A stretch of DNA of 64,000 nt. It comes from an uncultured Planctomycetales bacterium. GTDB taxonomy: Bacteria; Planctomycetota; UBA1135. Positions 1 to 8,799 of this stretch are shown piece after piece (positions within the stretch are counted from its first letter, which is position 1; each line of letters starts with the position of its first letter). The stretch is from positions 1,363 through 65,362 of the forward strand of contig CAYFGE010000015.1 of the NCBI GenBank assembly GCA_964342475.1. The letters are read 5' to 3'. A program made the translations under genes and the position numbers. A model generated the notes under the pieces. It saw only the letters and a list, made by a program, of their open reading frames with translations. It searched no databases and had not been told where the DNA came from.

Positions 1-362
1 TGCTGTGGGGCGGCGCCGACCACTCGATCTTCAAGGCCGACCCGGCCGACGTGATGGAGTCGGTCAAGGTCAGCCACGTCGAGGGCCACGAGTCGACCTG
101 GGAGCACAACCAGGTCGAGAAGCTCGACCCGGGCTTCCGCCGACAGGTCGGCATCTTCTTCGGCATCTACTTCTGCCTGACCGGCCTGCACGGCATCCAC
201 GTGCTGGTCGGCATCATCCTGATGCTGTGGCTGATGTGGCGCACCTCGCGCGGGCACTTCTCGCCGGCGAACTACACCGCCGTCGACCTCGGCGCCCTGT
301 ACTGGCACCTGGTCGACCTGATCTGGATCTTCCTGTTCCCGCTCCTCTACCTGATCAGCTGA
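1..362 (+). CDS. ctaE: cytochrome c oxidase subunit III, C-terminal part (5-prime end outside window)
   Basis: The frame is open from nt 3 to TGA 360-362. FFGIYFCLTGLHGIHVLVGIILMLWL and ALYWHLVDLIWIFLFPLLYLIS are the conserved C-terminal helices of haem-copper oxidase subunit III. Third codon positions are almost all G/C. Confidence 0.85.
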   Translation, partial: LWGGADHSIFKADPADVMESVKVSHVEGHESTWEHNQVEKLDPGFRRQVGIFFGIYFCLTGLHGIHVLVGIILMLWLMWRTSRGHFSPANYTAVDLGALYWHLVDLIWIFLFPLLYLIS

Positions 363-363
363 C

Positions 364-744
364 ATGGCCTCGCACGACCACGCCCACGACGACCACCAAG
401 GTCACGTCCTGCCGGCCAAGATGCTGGTCGGCACCTTCGTCGCCCTGCTGGCGCTGACCGCGCTCACCGTGGTGACCGGCAAGATGTCGCTGTTCGGCCT
501 CGACCTCGCCGTCGCCATGATCATCGCGACGGTCAAGGCCAGCCTGGTGGCGCTGATCTTCATGCACCTGAAGTGGGACCGGCCCTTCAACGGGCTGATC
601 TTCCTGATCTCGGTCCTCTTCGTCGGCATGTTCCTGGCCTTCGTCATCACCGACTCGGGCGAGTACCAGACCGACATCAAGAAGTTCCAGGCGGACCAGC
701 CGGTCGCGGCTGAGGGAGCCGCCGCGGAAGCCGCGGAGGAATGA
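364..744 (+). CDS. ctaF: small membrane subunit IV of cytochrome c oxidase (prokaryotic CtaF/CyoD-like)
   Basis: 126 aa with three hydrophobic helices. The motif ASLVALIFMHLKWDRP is typical of prokaryotic oxidase subunit IV. It starts 1 nt after the ctaE stop. Confidence 0.75.
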   Translation: MASHDHAHDDHQGHVLPAKMLVGTFVALLALTALTVVTGKMSLFGLDLAVAMIIATVKASLVALIFMHLKWDRPFNGLIFLISVLFVGMFLAFVITDSGEYQTDIKKFQADQPVAAEGAAAEAAEE

Positions 745-1565
745 CCGCACCGTCGCCGAGCAGGGTCGAGCCCGTCGCGGGCGCCGGCGCGCTCGGCATG
801 AAGCTGCTCGTGATCTCGCTGGCGGTGCTGTTCGCCAGCGCGATCGCCAGCTTCTGGGTGGTGCGCGGCAACGTCGGCAACTGGACCGGCGCGACCGAGG
901 GCTTCACCGTGCCGCTCGGCGTCTGGCTGGGCACCGGGCTGCTCGCCCTGCTGAGCCTGGCGATGAGCCGGCGGATGCTCGGCGCGGGCCTGGCCCTGGC
1001 GCTGCTCTTCCTGGCCGCCCAGGCGTGGAACTGGAGCGAGCTGATCGCCGCCCACCTGCCGCCCGGCGCGGCCTCGCTCTACGCCTTCAACTTCTACCTG
1101 CTCACCGGGCTGCACGCCGCCCACGTCCTCGGCGGCCTGGTCTTCCACGTCGCGGTGCTGCGGCGGGCGCGCGCCGGCGCCCCCGAGGGCGACGGCCCGC
1201 GCAACCTCGCCACCTACTGGCACTTCCTCGGCGTGACCTGGGTGGCCCTGGTCGCCACCCTGGTGATCGGCGCCGACCCGACGCTGACCTCCGAGGGCAT
1301 CGCCGGGGCCTTCGGCTGGATCGCCGGCGCGGCGGCCGCCGGGTTCGCCGTCTGCTGGCTGCGCACCGAGGCCGCGCTGCTCCGCGCCGAGGGCGCGACC
1401 GCCGCCCTGGTCGGCCTGTTCCCGCCGATCGCCTTCCTGCGCGCCTTCATGAAGGCCGACGAGCTCGGCCTGCGCGGCTGGCTGTTCTGGTGGACCGCCG
1501 CCTTCGGCGTGGCCCTCACCGCCGGCAGCATCGCCGTAGCGGTGACGATGAGCGCCGCGTCCTAG
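741..1565 (+). CDS. haem-copper oxidase subunit III-like membrane protein with extra C-terminal hydrophobic region
   Basis: 274 aa with an ATGA overlap on the ctaF stop. FNFYLLTGLHAAHVLGGLVF and NLATYWHFLGVTWVALV repeat the two subunit-III signature helices seen in ctaE. About 90 additional hydrophobic residues follow. Confidence 0.7.
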   Translation: MTAPSPSRVEPVAGAGALGMKLLVISLAVLFASAIASFWVVRGNVGNWTGATEGFTVPLGVWLGTGLLALLSLAMSRRMLGAGLALALLFLAAQAWNWSELIAAHLPPGAASLYAFNFYLLTGLHAAHVLGGLVFHVAVLRRARAGAPEGDGPRNLATYWHFLGVTWVALVATLVIGADPTLTSEGIAGAFGWIAGAAAAGFAVCWLRTEAALLRAEGATAALVGLFPPIAFLRAFMKADELGLRGWLFWWTAAFGVALTAGSIAVAVTMSAAS

Positions 1566-2425
1566 CCGTACTTCGCGTCGATCACCAGCGCGGCGATCAG
1601 CAGCGGCAGGTGGACGAGGCTCGACCACAGCAGCAGGCGCGCGCGGCGGTCGGTGCGCTGCAGGCCGAAGCGGAAGTTGAAGGCCAGGAAGCCGAGGGTC
1701 AGGCTGAGCGCCGAGTAGAAGTAGATCACGCCGGCGAAGCCGAGCAGGGTCGGCAGCAGCACGACCGGCACCATGGCGATGCCGTAGTAGGCGGCCTGGC
1801 GCGCGCTCACCCGGCCGGTCTCGTCCACCCGCGGCAGCATCTTGATGCCGGCCCCTTCGTAGTCGTCGCGGTAGAGCCAGGCGATGGCGAGGAAGTGGGG
1901 GAACTGCCACAGGTAGAGGATGGCGAACAGGATGCCGGCGAAGATGTCGAGGCCGCGCCCGGCCGCCGCCCAGCCGACGAGCAGGGGCATCGCCCCGGGC
2001 ACGCCGCCGACCAGGGTGTTCAGCACGGTCACCCGCTTGAGCGGGGTGTAGACCCCGACGTAGAGCACCAGCATCACGCCGGCCAGCCAGGCGGTCAGGG
2101 CGTTGGTGAAGACGGCCAGCCAGGCCACGCCGAGCACCGCGGAGGCCAGGCCGAAGGCGCGCGCCACCCGCACGGGGATGCGCCCGGCGGGCAGCGGGCG
2201 CTGGCGCGTGCGGTCCATGCGCCCGTCGACGTCCACCTCGACGACCTGGTTCAGGGCGGCGGAGGCCGAGCTGGCCAGGGTCAGGCCGACGACCAGGTGC
2301 AGCGCGACCTCGGGCGGGAGGTGCTTGCCGCCGGCCAGCCAGGCGCAGGCCAGCGCGCCGCCGGTCGCGACGAACTGGATGCGCATCTTGGTCAGCGCGA
2401 CCCAGTCCTTCAGCGCGGCAGCCAT
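1562..2425 (-). CDS. ctaB: protohaem IX farnesyltransferase (haem O synthase)
   Basis: 287-aa polytopic UbiA-type prenyltransferase. Hallmark motifs are NQVVEVDVDGRMDRTRQRPLPAGR and LWQFPHFLAIAWLYRDDYEGAGIKMLP. Its stop overlaps the stop of the convergent gene in the palindrome CTAG (1562-1565). Confidence 0.9.
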   Translation of the reverse strand: MAAALKDWVALTKMRIQFVATGGALACAWLAGGKHLPPEVALHLVVGLTLASSASAALNQVVEVDVDGRMDRTRQRPLPAGRIPVRVARAFGLASAVLGVAWLAVFTNALTAWLAGVMLVLYVGVYTPLKRVTVLNTLVGGVPGAMPLLVGWAAAGRGLDIFAGILFAILYLWQFPHFLAIAWLYRDDYEGAGIKMLPRVDETGRVSARQAAYYGIAMVPVVLLPTLLGFAGVIYFYSALSLTLGFLAFNFRFGLQRTDRRARLLLWSSLVHLPLLIAALVIDAKYG

Positions 2426-2428
2426 GGG

Positions 2429-3376
2429 TCAGGCCGCGGCGGGCGCGGCGGCGGCGCCTTCCTCGAGCACGCGGTGGCGCGCCTCGAAGTGGACCGCCGC
2501 GGTGAGCGCCATGACGCAGACGCCGACGAGGAGGTGGGCGGTGGTGAAGCCGGCCTGGGCGAGGAAGCGCGTGCGCTCGTCCTCGATCGCCTCGGCCATC
2601 GGCCCCCAGATCAGCGCCCAGGCGCCGAGGCCGAGGCCGAGCTGGACGCCGAGGAGGTTGGCCAGCCAGCGCGCCTGCTGGCGCAGCGCGGCGTGCCCGC
2701 GGAAGCTGCGCGCCACCAGCCAGACGAGCAGCAGCAGGGCGACCGAGCTGGTCAGGGCGAGCACGAAGTGGCCGCTGAAGGCGGCCTCCTTGTGCCGCAG
2801 GCTGGCCGCGGCGCCGAGGTTGAGGAACAGCACGACCATCGCCAGCGCGCTCCAGCGGCGCAGCTGGCCGGCGAGCGGGCTGCGGAAGGCCGCCGCCCCG
2901 CCCGCCCAGCCGCGCGAGCTGCGCTGCACCATCCACACGATCGCCACCACCACCAGCTGCGCGCCGACGGCGTGGACGATCGCCGTGGTCTGCGCGTTCT
3001 CGGTCACGCGGAAGGCGCCGAGCAGGCCCTGCACGACGACGAGGAGCAGGATCAGCCCGGCGTGGCGCTTCCATTCGCGCGGCACGCCGCGCCCGGCCGC
3101 CGTCGCGACGACCAGGCCGATCGCCAGCAGGCCGATCAGCGCGCCGGCCTGGCGGTGGGTGTGCTCGAGGTTGGCCCCGGCGCCGTACTTCCCGGCCAGC
3201 TCGCCGTAGAAGAAGTTGAACAGGCTGGCGCCGTTCATGTCGGGCCAGGTCGGGTAGGCCATGCCGACCTCGGTGCTGGTCACCGCGCCGCCCAGCCCGA
3301 TGGTGAGCAGCACCGAGACGATCAGCGAGGCCCAGGCCAGCCGGTGGATCCACGGGTGGGCCGCGGGGGTGTCCAT
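2429..3376 (-). CDS. ctaA: haem A synthase (COX15/CtaA family)
   Basis: I chose start ATG 3374-3376 (MDTPAAHPWIHRLAW), which overlaps the upstream stop as TGATG. The protein is polytopic with conserved His-containing helices (LEHTHRQAG, IVHAVGAQL, FTTAHLLVG). The 71 extra N-terminal codons in the ORF track overlap the cytochrome gene and are Arg/Pro-rich. Confidence 0.8.
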   Translation of the reverse strand: MDTPAAHPWIHRLAWASLIVSVLLTIGLGGAVTSTEVGMAYPTWPDMNGASLFNFFYGELAGKYGAGANLEHTHRQAGALIGLLAIGLVVATAAGRGVPREWKRHAGLILLLVVVQGLLGAFRVTENAQTTAIVHAVGAQLVVVAIVWMVQRSSRGWAGGAAAFRSPLAGQLRRWSALAMVVLFLNLGAAASLRHKEAAFSGHFVLALTSSVALLLLVWLVARSFRGHAALRQQARWLANLLGVQLGLGLGAWALIWGPMAEAIEDERTRFLAQAGFTTAHLLVGVCVMALTAAVHFEARHRVLEEGAAAAPAAA

Positions 3377-4395
3377 CAGTCCTCCTCCTGGGAGAAGCCT
3401 TGCACGTAGCGGACCAGCGCCCAGATCTCCTCCGGGTCGAGGCTGCCGGCGGAGGGCGGCATCGGGGTGCCCTTCACCCCGTGGGCGATGCGGCGGTAGA
3501 GGTCCTCCGGCGCGTCGCCGCCGAACCAGACGCCGTCGGCGAAGGCGCGCGGCCGGGCCTCGTTGCCCCAGGCGTCGCGCAGCAGCCACTGGTCGTTCGC
3601 CCAGGCCACCGGGCCCTTGCCCGAGCCGTCCTCGCCGTGGCAGGTGATGCAGGCGGCGGCGCGGTAGAGCTCCTCGGCGCGGGCGTCCTGGCGCACCGCA
3701 GGGTCGTCCGAAGGGGGCGGGACCGGCGCGGCTTCGGCCTGCTCCCAGGCGCGGGCCACGGCCTCATAGGCCGCTTCGACAACCTCGAAAACTTGTGGGG
3801 AGGCGGCGGACCCGCCCAACCCCTCGATCTGGGCCAGGGCGGCCGCTTCGGTCGCCCCGCGCAGCAGGAGGTACTGGGTGTAGCTGGCCAGTTCGCGGCG
3901 GGCCTTCTCCGGCAGGGTGGGGAAGCCGGCCATCGAAGTCGTCGGGACACCCTCGCGGATCACCCGCTCGAGGTCGGCGCGCAGCGGGGGCTGCCCGGCG
4001 GCCGTACTCGTGAACTTGATCGAGCCCGAGCGGAAGCTGCGCGGCCGCGGCTTGAGCAGGCGCGCGGTCCCGGTGTCGGCCGCCCCGGTCACGCCGTGGC
4101 ACTGGGCGCACTTCACGGCGAAGGTCGAGCGGCCGGAGCGCAGCTCCTCCTCGTCCGCGACCCCCGGCATCCCGCCGGGCGGCAGGGTGGGCTGGCGGTA
4201 CTGGCCGAACAGGCGCTCCATGCCGGCGGCCAGCGCCTCGGCGGTCTCGGCCTCGAGCCCGCCGTCCAGGCCGTCCGCGGCCGCCTCGGCCTGCCGGTCG
4301 GTCTCGCTGACCTTCTCGGCGCGGAAGCTCAGGCCGACCCCGGCGACTGCGCCGGCCAGGACGAGGACCAGGGCGAGGCGTTCGCGCCCGCTCAT
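3376..4395 (-). CDS. membrane-anchored dihaem c-type cytochrome
   Basis: 339 aa with an N-terminal TM anchor (LALVLVLAGAVAGVGL). It has two CxxCH sites (CAQCH, CITCH), each followed by a Met-containing distal-ligand-like stretch (TTSMAGFP, KGTPMPPS). It is translationally coupled on both sides. Confidence 0.8.
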   Translation of the reverse strand: MSGRERLALVLVLAGAVAGVGLSFRAEKVSETDRQAEAAADGLDGGLEAETAEALAAGMERLFGQYRQPTLPPGGMPGVADEEELRSGRSTFAVKCAQCHGVTGAADTGTARLLKPRPRSFRSGSIKFTSTAAGQPPLRADLERVIREGVPTTSMAGFPTLPEKARRELASYTQYLLLRGATEAAALAQIEGLGGSAASPQVFEVVEAAYEAVARAWEQAEAAPVPPPSDDPAVRQDARAEELYRAAACITCHGEDGSGKGPVAWANDQWLLRDAWGNEARPRAFADGVWFGGDAPEDLYRRIAHGVKGTPMPPSAGSLDPEEIWALVRYVQGFSQEED

Positions 4396-4853
4396 CCCTG
4401 GCCTCCGGCGGCGCCCAGGGCCTGCGCGCCGGAATCGGTGAACACGTAGAGGACGAGGTAGATCAGCACGCCGGTCACGGAGACGTAGAGCCAGATCGGG
4501 AAGGTGATCCGCGCCAGCCGTTTGTGCTGCTCGCGGCGGTCCTTCAAGGCCAGCCAGACCGTGCGCAGCGCCAGGAAGGGGACCGCCGCCGCGAGCACGG
4601 TGTGGCTGAGCAGCAGGGCGAGGTAAGGCAGCCTCCCGCCCTCCGGCCCGGCGTAGCGCACCAGGATCTCGTTGGTGAAGTGGTAGTAGAGGTAGCAGCC
4701 CAGGAACACCACCGAGCTGCCCAGCGCGGCCTTCATGCAGAAGGCGTGGGCCTGCTCGCGGCCGCGGCGGATCTGGACCCAGCCGGCGAGGAGGAACAGG
4801 GCGGCCAGGCCGTTGAGGGAGGCGTTGAGGGTCGGCAGGAAAGGCGGACTCAT
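4392..4853 (-). CDS. DUF420 family membrane protein (oxidase-associated)
   Basis: 153 aa with four helices. The N-terminus LPTLNASLNGLAALFLLAGWVQIRRG and the stretch HAFCMKAAL...FLGCYLYYH are as I recall for DUF420. ATGA overlap with the downstream cytochrome gene. Confidence 0.7.
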   Translation of the reverse strand: MSPPFLPTLNASLNGLAALFLLAGWVQIRRGREQAHAFCMKAALGSSVVFLGCYLYYHFTNEILVRYAGPEGGRLPYLALLLSHTVLAAAVPFLALRTVWLALKDRREQHKRLARITFPIWLYVSVTGVLIYLVLYVFTDSGAQALGAAGGQG

Positions 4854-4921
4854 CGTTGCGGCGAGGCGGCCACCCGGGGCCGCGGGCCGGCCTCAGTCTA
4901 GTCCGGCGTGGCGCGGCGGGG

Positions 4922-5500
4922 TCACTCCGCGGGGGCTTCGTCGAGCAGCTGGCGCACCGCCCGGTCCATGCGGGGGCGCAGCGCCTCGTCGAGCCCGTCG
5001 TAGTAGCCGCGCACCCGGCCCTGGCGGTCGAGCAGCACGAAGCGCGAGGAGTGCAGGATGTGGCCCTCCTCGTCCATCTCCTCGCCGAAGGCCAGCTTGA
5101 AGGACCGCAGCGACAGCTCGGCGATGGCGGCGCGCTCGCCGGTCAGGAAGTGCCAGCCGTCGAGGGGCAGGTCCATCCGCTCGGCGTAGGCGCGCAGGAC
5201 CTCCGGCGTGTCGAAGTCCGGGTCGATGGTGAAGGACAGGAGGCCGAGATCCTCCGCGCCGGCGTGGCGTTCCTTCAGCTCGCGCATGGCCTGGGTCATG
5301 TGCGGGCAGATCGAGGCGCAGCGGGTGAAGAAGAAGTCGACCACCCAGACCTTGCCGTCGAGCTCGGCGCGGCCGAAGTCGGCGCCGGACTGGTCGCGCA
5401 GGGTGAAGTCGGCCACCTCGCCGATCGGCTCGAGCGGTTCCGCCGGGGGCGGGCAGGCCGGGAGGAGGAGCAGCAGGGCCAGCAGGAGGGAGCGCCGCAT
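4922..5500 (-). CDS. SCO1/SenC family copper chaperone lipoprotein
   Basis: Lipobox LLLLLPAC. Thioredoxin-fold copper site FFFTRCASICPHM (CxxxC) plus a downstream His (GHILHSSRFVLLD). Confidence 0.85.
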   Translation of the reverse strand: MRRSLLLALLLLLPACPPPAEPLEPIGEVADFTLRDQSGADFGRAELDGKVWVVDFFFTRCASICPHMTQAMRELKERHAGAEDLGLLSFTIDPDFDTPEVLRAYAERMDLPLDGWHFLTGERAAIAELSLRSFKLAFGEEMDEEGHILHSSRFVLLDRQGRVRGYYDGLDEALRPRMDRAVRQLLDEAPAE

Positions 5501-5518
5501 CGCGGGCGGAATTGTAGA

Positions 5519-5549
5519 GGCGGCGGCGCCCGCCAGGGGCGCCGCCGCC
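5519..5549 (-). terminator. 13-bp perfect GC hairpin between porin and SCO genes (terminator/attenuator-like, no U-tract)
   Basis: GGCGGCGGCGCCC (5519-5531), loop GCCAG, then GGGCGCCGCCGCC (5537-5549). The arms are exact reverse complements. Confidence 0.35.
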
Positions 5550-5568
5550 GGGCGGGCGCGTCGCGCGC

Positions 5569-6693
5569 TCAGAAGGAGAGGTTCAGGTCGATGCGGAAGC
5601 GGTAGCGGTTGTCGTCGTTGCCGCCGAAGGCCTCGTTCGGAGCCGACACCAGCGCCCAGACGTGCAGGCCGACGTCGTCCGCCAGCTGCTGCTTCCAGCC
5701 GAGGACGTGGGCGTCCTGGTTCGAGCCGAGCAGGAAGTCGTCCTGGCAGAAGGCCGAGAAGATCGCGTCCTGTTCGATGCTCTGGTACTGGTAGTAGAAC
5801 TTCGCGTCGCCGGGCGCGCTCGTGCTGCCCCAGGCGGCGCCGAGGGCCCAGCCCGTGTCCCCGACGCCGTCGGCCGCGCGGGTGTTGAGCAGGAACTCGC
5901 CCGACAGGGTCAGGGGCTGGCCGAAGTCGGTGGTGGTCCAGGCCAGGACCGGGTCGAGGATGCCGAACTCGGACAGGAAGTCGTTGCCGCCCGGGGCCAG
6001 CGCGTTGCCCTGGTTGTCGCCGAGGATGGCCGTGCTGCTGCCCGGGGTGGTGTCGCCGTAGAAGAAGTAGTTCAGGGCGAGGTCGAACCTGCTGGACTCG
6101 CCCGACTCGATGCGGCCGTGGGCGCCGGCGTTCAGCATCCAGGCGTCCTCGCCGCCGCCCTGCTCGAACAGGGCGTACTGGCCGAGGTAGGCGTCCCAGG
6201 CCATGCCGCCGGTCTCGCCGGAGTAGGTGAAGGCGTAGCCCTCGGGCTGGACGTCGTCGTCCCAGGCCAGCTCGCCGTAAACCGGGTTGCGGTAGCCGGG
6301 GCGGTGGAACTTGCCGCCGAGGAAGCCGAGGCCCGGCGCCCAGTCCGGCGTGTACTGGACGAAGGCGCGGTCGAGGTTGAACTCGAAGCTGTTGAAGACG
6401 CCGCCGCTGCCGGTGCCGCCCAGGTCCTGGTGCGGGCTGTTCGGGTCGTCCGGGTTGCCGGTGCGGGCGCGGAAGCCGAGCTTCAGGTGCTCGGTGGCCT
6501 GGTAGTTCGCCCCGAGGCGGAAGCGCAGGCGGGCTCGGTTGCGCGCGTCGGCATCGGGCAGCTTCTGGTTCGACTCGGCGCGCAGGCGGAAGTCGCCGTA
6601 CCAGTCGAGGCCCTCGGGTTCCTGCGCGGCGGCGGCGCGGACGGGGAGCGTCGCCGCGGCGAGGAGGAGCAGGGGGAAGACGTAGCGTTTCAT
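5569..6693 (-). CDS. putative outer-membrane beta-barrel porin
   Basis: 374 aa with Sec signal MKRYVFPLLLLAAATLPVRAAAAQ. It shows an alternating beta-strand pattern with Gly/Asp/Asn-rich loops and a C-terminal ...RIDLNLSF ending in an aromatic residue. The exact family is not established. Confidence 0.6.
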   Translation of the reverse strand: MKRYVFPLLLLAAATLPVRAAAAQEPEGLDWYGDFRLRAESNQKLPDADARNRARLRFRLGANYQATEHLKLGFRARTGNPDDPNSPHQDLGGTGSGGVFNSFEFNLDRAFVQYTPDWAPGLGFLGGKFHRPGYRNPVYGELAWDDDVQPEGYAFTYSGETGGMAWDAYLGQYALFEQGGGEDAWMLNAGAHGRIESGESSRFDLALNYFFYGDTTPGSSTAILGDNQGNALAPGGNDFLSEFGILDPVLAWTTTDFGQPLTLSGEFLLNTRAADGVGDTGWALGAAWGSTSAPGDAKFYYQYQSIEQDAIFSAFCQDDFLLGSNQDAHVLGWKQQLADDVGLHVWALVSAPNEAFGGNDDNRYRFRIDLNLSF

Positions 6694-6727
6694 CGGGGGG
6701 GTCGGGTGGAAGGGAATCTCGAGGGGA

Positions 6728-8728
6728 TCAGGCCTCGGGCATGACGAAGGCGTTCAGCACCGCCACGATCACGCCGAGGATCGACACGCCGGCGATCAGG
6801 CCGGCCGCGGTCGGGACGAGGTAGTCGTCCGCGCTCTTCTTCGCGCTGCGGGTCCAGAGGGCGGCGCCGATCGCGCCGAGCAGCATGGAGAAGGGGTACT
6901 GGAAGGGCAGGATCAGGCCCAGGCCGATGCCGGTGGCCGAGGGGATCCAGGTCCGCGCCCGGGACGGCAGCTTGGCCGTGAAGTGGTCGAGCAGCTGCAG
7001 CGCCACGCCCGCCCCGAGGCCGATCCAGAGCAGCTTCAGGTGGGTGGGGTGCATGTTCTCGAAGCCGTGCTGGAAGACCTTGGCCACCGCCATCCAGGCC
7101 TGGGCGGCCGGGGCGGGGTAGGGGGTGCCGTCGGCGGTCAGGGTCTCGGCGGTCGGCACCAGCAGGCGGAAGCCCAGGGTGGTGGCCAGGGTGCCGGAGA
7201 AGATGCCGAGGAACTGGGCCATGAACTGGCGCCGCGGATTGGCCCCCAACAAGTACCCAGACTTGAGATCGGTCAGGAGGTCGGCCGCCGACCCCGAGGC
7301 GCTCGAGGTGATCGAGGCCGTCATCAGGTTCGCGTTGACGTTCTGCGGCATGAGCACGCCGTAGGTCAGCTGGGTGATCTTGCCCATCGCGCCGACCGGG
7401 GTGATGTCCGACTCGCCCGTGGCCCGGCAGGCCACCAGGGAGAGGAAGAAGGTCAGGGCCACGGCGATGGCGCCGTAGAGGACCGGGATGCCGAAGGAGT
7501 AGGCCGCCAGCCAGACCACGCCGGCACCCGAGACCAGCACGCCGCCGGCGAACCAGCTGGTCGGCACCTCGGTGGCCTCGACCATGCCCTCGATGCCGCC
7601 CTCGCCCTCCTCCTTGGCGAAGAAGCGCGAGAAGGCCCGGGCGATCGTGCGCCACTGCATGCCGAAGGCCAGCAGGCCGGAGGCGACCATGACGGCCACC
7701 CCGCTCCACACGCCGCTCTCGCGCCAGGCCTTGCCCGGGGCCGAGGTGGCGGCGATGACCTCGCCGTTGGGGGCGGTCCAGACGTCGGCGAGGCCGGCCG
7801 GGCCGAGGACGAAGGCCAGGAAGAGCGAGGCCACCGTCATCCAGATGGCGATGCGCAGGCCGACCAGCGCGCCGGCGGCGATCATCACCGGGTTGTGGTC
7901 CATGACCAGGGTCCAGTCGGAGGGCTTGAAGGCCTCGCCGGTCTCGGGGTCGGCGCCGCGCCCGGGCAGCCAGTCGAACAGGTTGGAGGAGCCCGGCAGC
8001 AGCGGGGTGCGGAAGCGCTCGACCACCTCGCCGGCGGCGTCGCGGATCGTGGCCACCTTCAGCTCGAGCTCGAGCAGGATCGGGAAGGCGGCGCCGGCCA
8101 GGGCGGCGAGGAGCAGCACGCGCGCCTTGCGCAGGGCGGCGGTGCCCTCGGAGTAGAGAGACTGCAGGGTCACCGCCGCGGCCGTCCCGGTGGGGAACTT
8201 CAGCCGCTCGCGGTTGATCATGCTGCGCTTCATCGGGATCGCCATCAGCGTGCCGAGGGCGCCGAGGAACAGCGTCCACAGCAGGAGCACCCACAGCGGC
8301 AGGTGCGAGCCCTGGATCATGAGCAGCGCCGCGATCGCCGAGACCATCGTGCCGCCGGTGGCGTAGCCCGCCGAGCTCGCCGTGGACTGCATGCAGTTGG
8401 TCTCGAGGATGGTCATCGGCGAGCGCGCGATGCCGGCCTTGAGCAGCGTGTTCCAGATCGAGAAGCTGAGGATCGCGGCGGTGATCGCCACGCCGAGCGC
8501 CCAGCCCGTCTTGAGCCCGATGTAGAGATTGGTGAAGGCCAGTAAGAAACCGAGCACCGAGCCCATGAGGACCGCGCGCAAGGTCAGCTGCGGCGCGTCC
8601 TGGCCGCGGTAGACCTGCTCGTACCACTCCTCCTCGGTCAGCTCGAGCACCCGGTCGGGACCGGCCTCGAGCGGTTTCCAACGGTGCGACTCTTCGGGCG
8701 TCGGGGGGGCCTTCTGGAACAGCGGCAT
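6728..8728 (-). CDS. OPT family oligopeptide transporter (paralog 1)
   Basis: I chose start ATG 8726-8728 (MPLFQKAPP). The 666-aa protein is polytopic. The N-terminal signature EEEWYEQVYRG..PQLTLRAVLMGSVLGFLLAFTNLYIGLKTGW and NCMQSTASSAGYATGG match the OPT superfamily. It is about 75% identical by eye to paralog 2 over that region. Confidence 0.85.
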   Translation of the reverse strand: MPLFQKAPPTPEESHRWKPLEAGPDRVLELTEEEWYEQVYRGQDAPQLTLRAVLMGSVLGFLLAFTNLYIGLKTGWALGVAITAAILSFSIWNTLLKAGIARSPMTILETNCMQSTASSAGYATGGTMVSAIAALLMIQGSHLPLWVLLLWTLFLGALGTLMAIPMKRSMINRERLKFPTGTAAAVTLQSLYSEGTAALRKARVLLLAALAGAAFPILLELELKVATIRDAAGEVVERFRTPLLPGSSNLFDWLPGRGADPETGEAFKPSDWTLVMDHNPVMIAAGALVGLRIAIWMTVASLFLAFVLGPAGLADVWTAPNGEVIAATSAPGKAWRESGVWSGVAVMVASGLLAFGMQWRTIARAFSRFFAKEEGEGGIEGMVEATEVPTSWFAGGVLVSGAGVVWLAAYSFGIPVLYGAIAVALTFFLSLVACRATGESDITPVGAMGKITQLTYGVLMPQNVNANLMTASITSSASGSAADLLTDLKSGYLLGANPRRQFMAQFLGIFSGTLATTLGFRLLVPTAETLTADGTPYPAPAAQAWMAVAKVFQHGFENMHPTHLKLLWIGLGAGVALQLLDHFTAKLPSRARTWIPSATGIGLGLILPFQYPFSMLLGAIGAALWTRSAKKSADDYLVPTAAGLIAGVSILGVIVAVLNAFVMPEA

Positions 8729-8799
8729 GGGCCAGACGATAGCGACCCCCGCGCACGACCGGATTCCTATCATGGGCCCGCCCCCACCCGGGACCATCC

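Noticed and set aside
3377-3589. 71 extra N-terminal codons on the ctaA ORF in the track (start at 3589)
   Set aside because: The extension overlaps the end of the well-supported cytochrome c gene and is Arg/Pro-rich. The internal ATG at 3374-3376 gives a normal CtaA N-terminus and a TGATG coupling junction.
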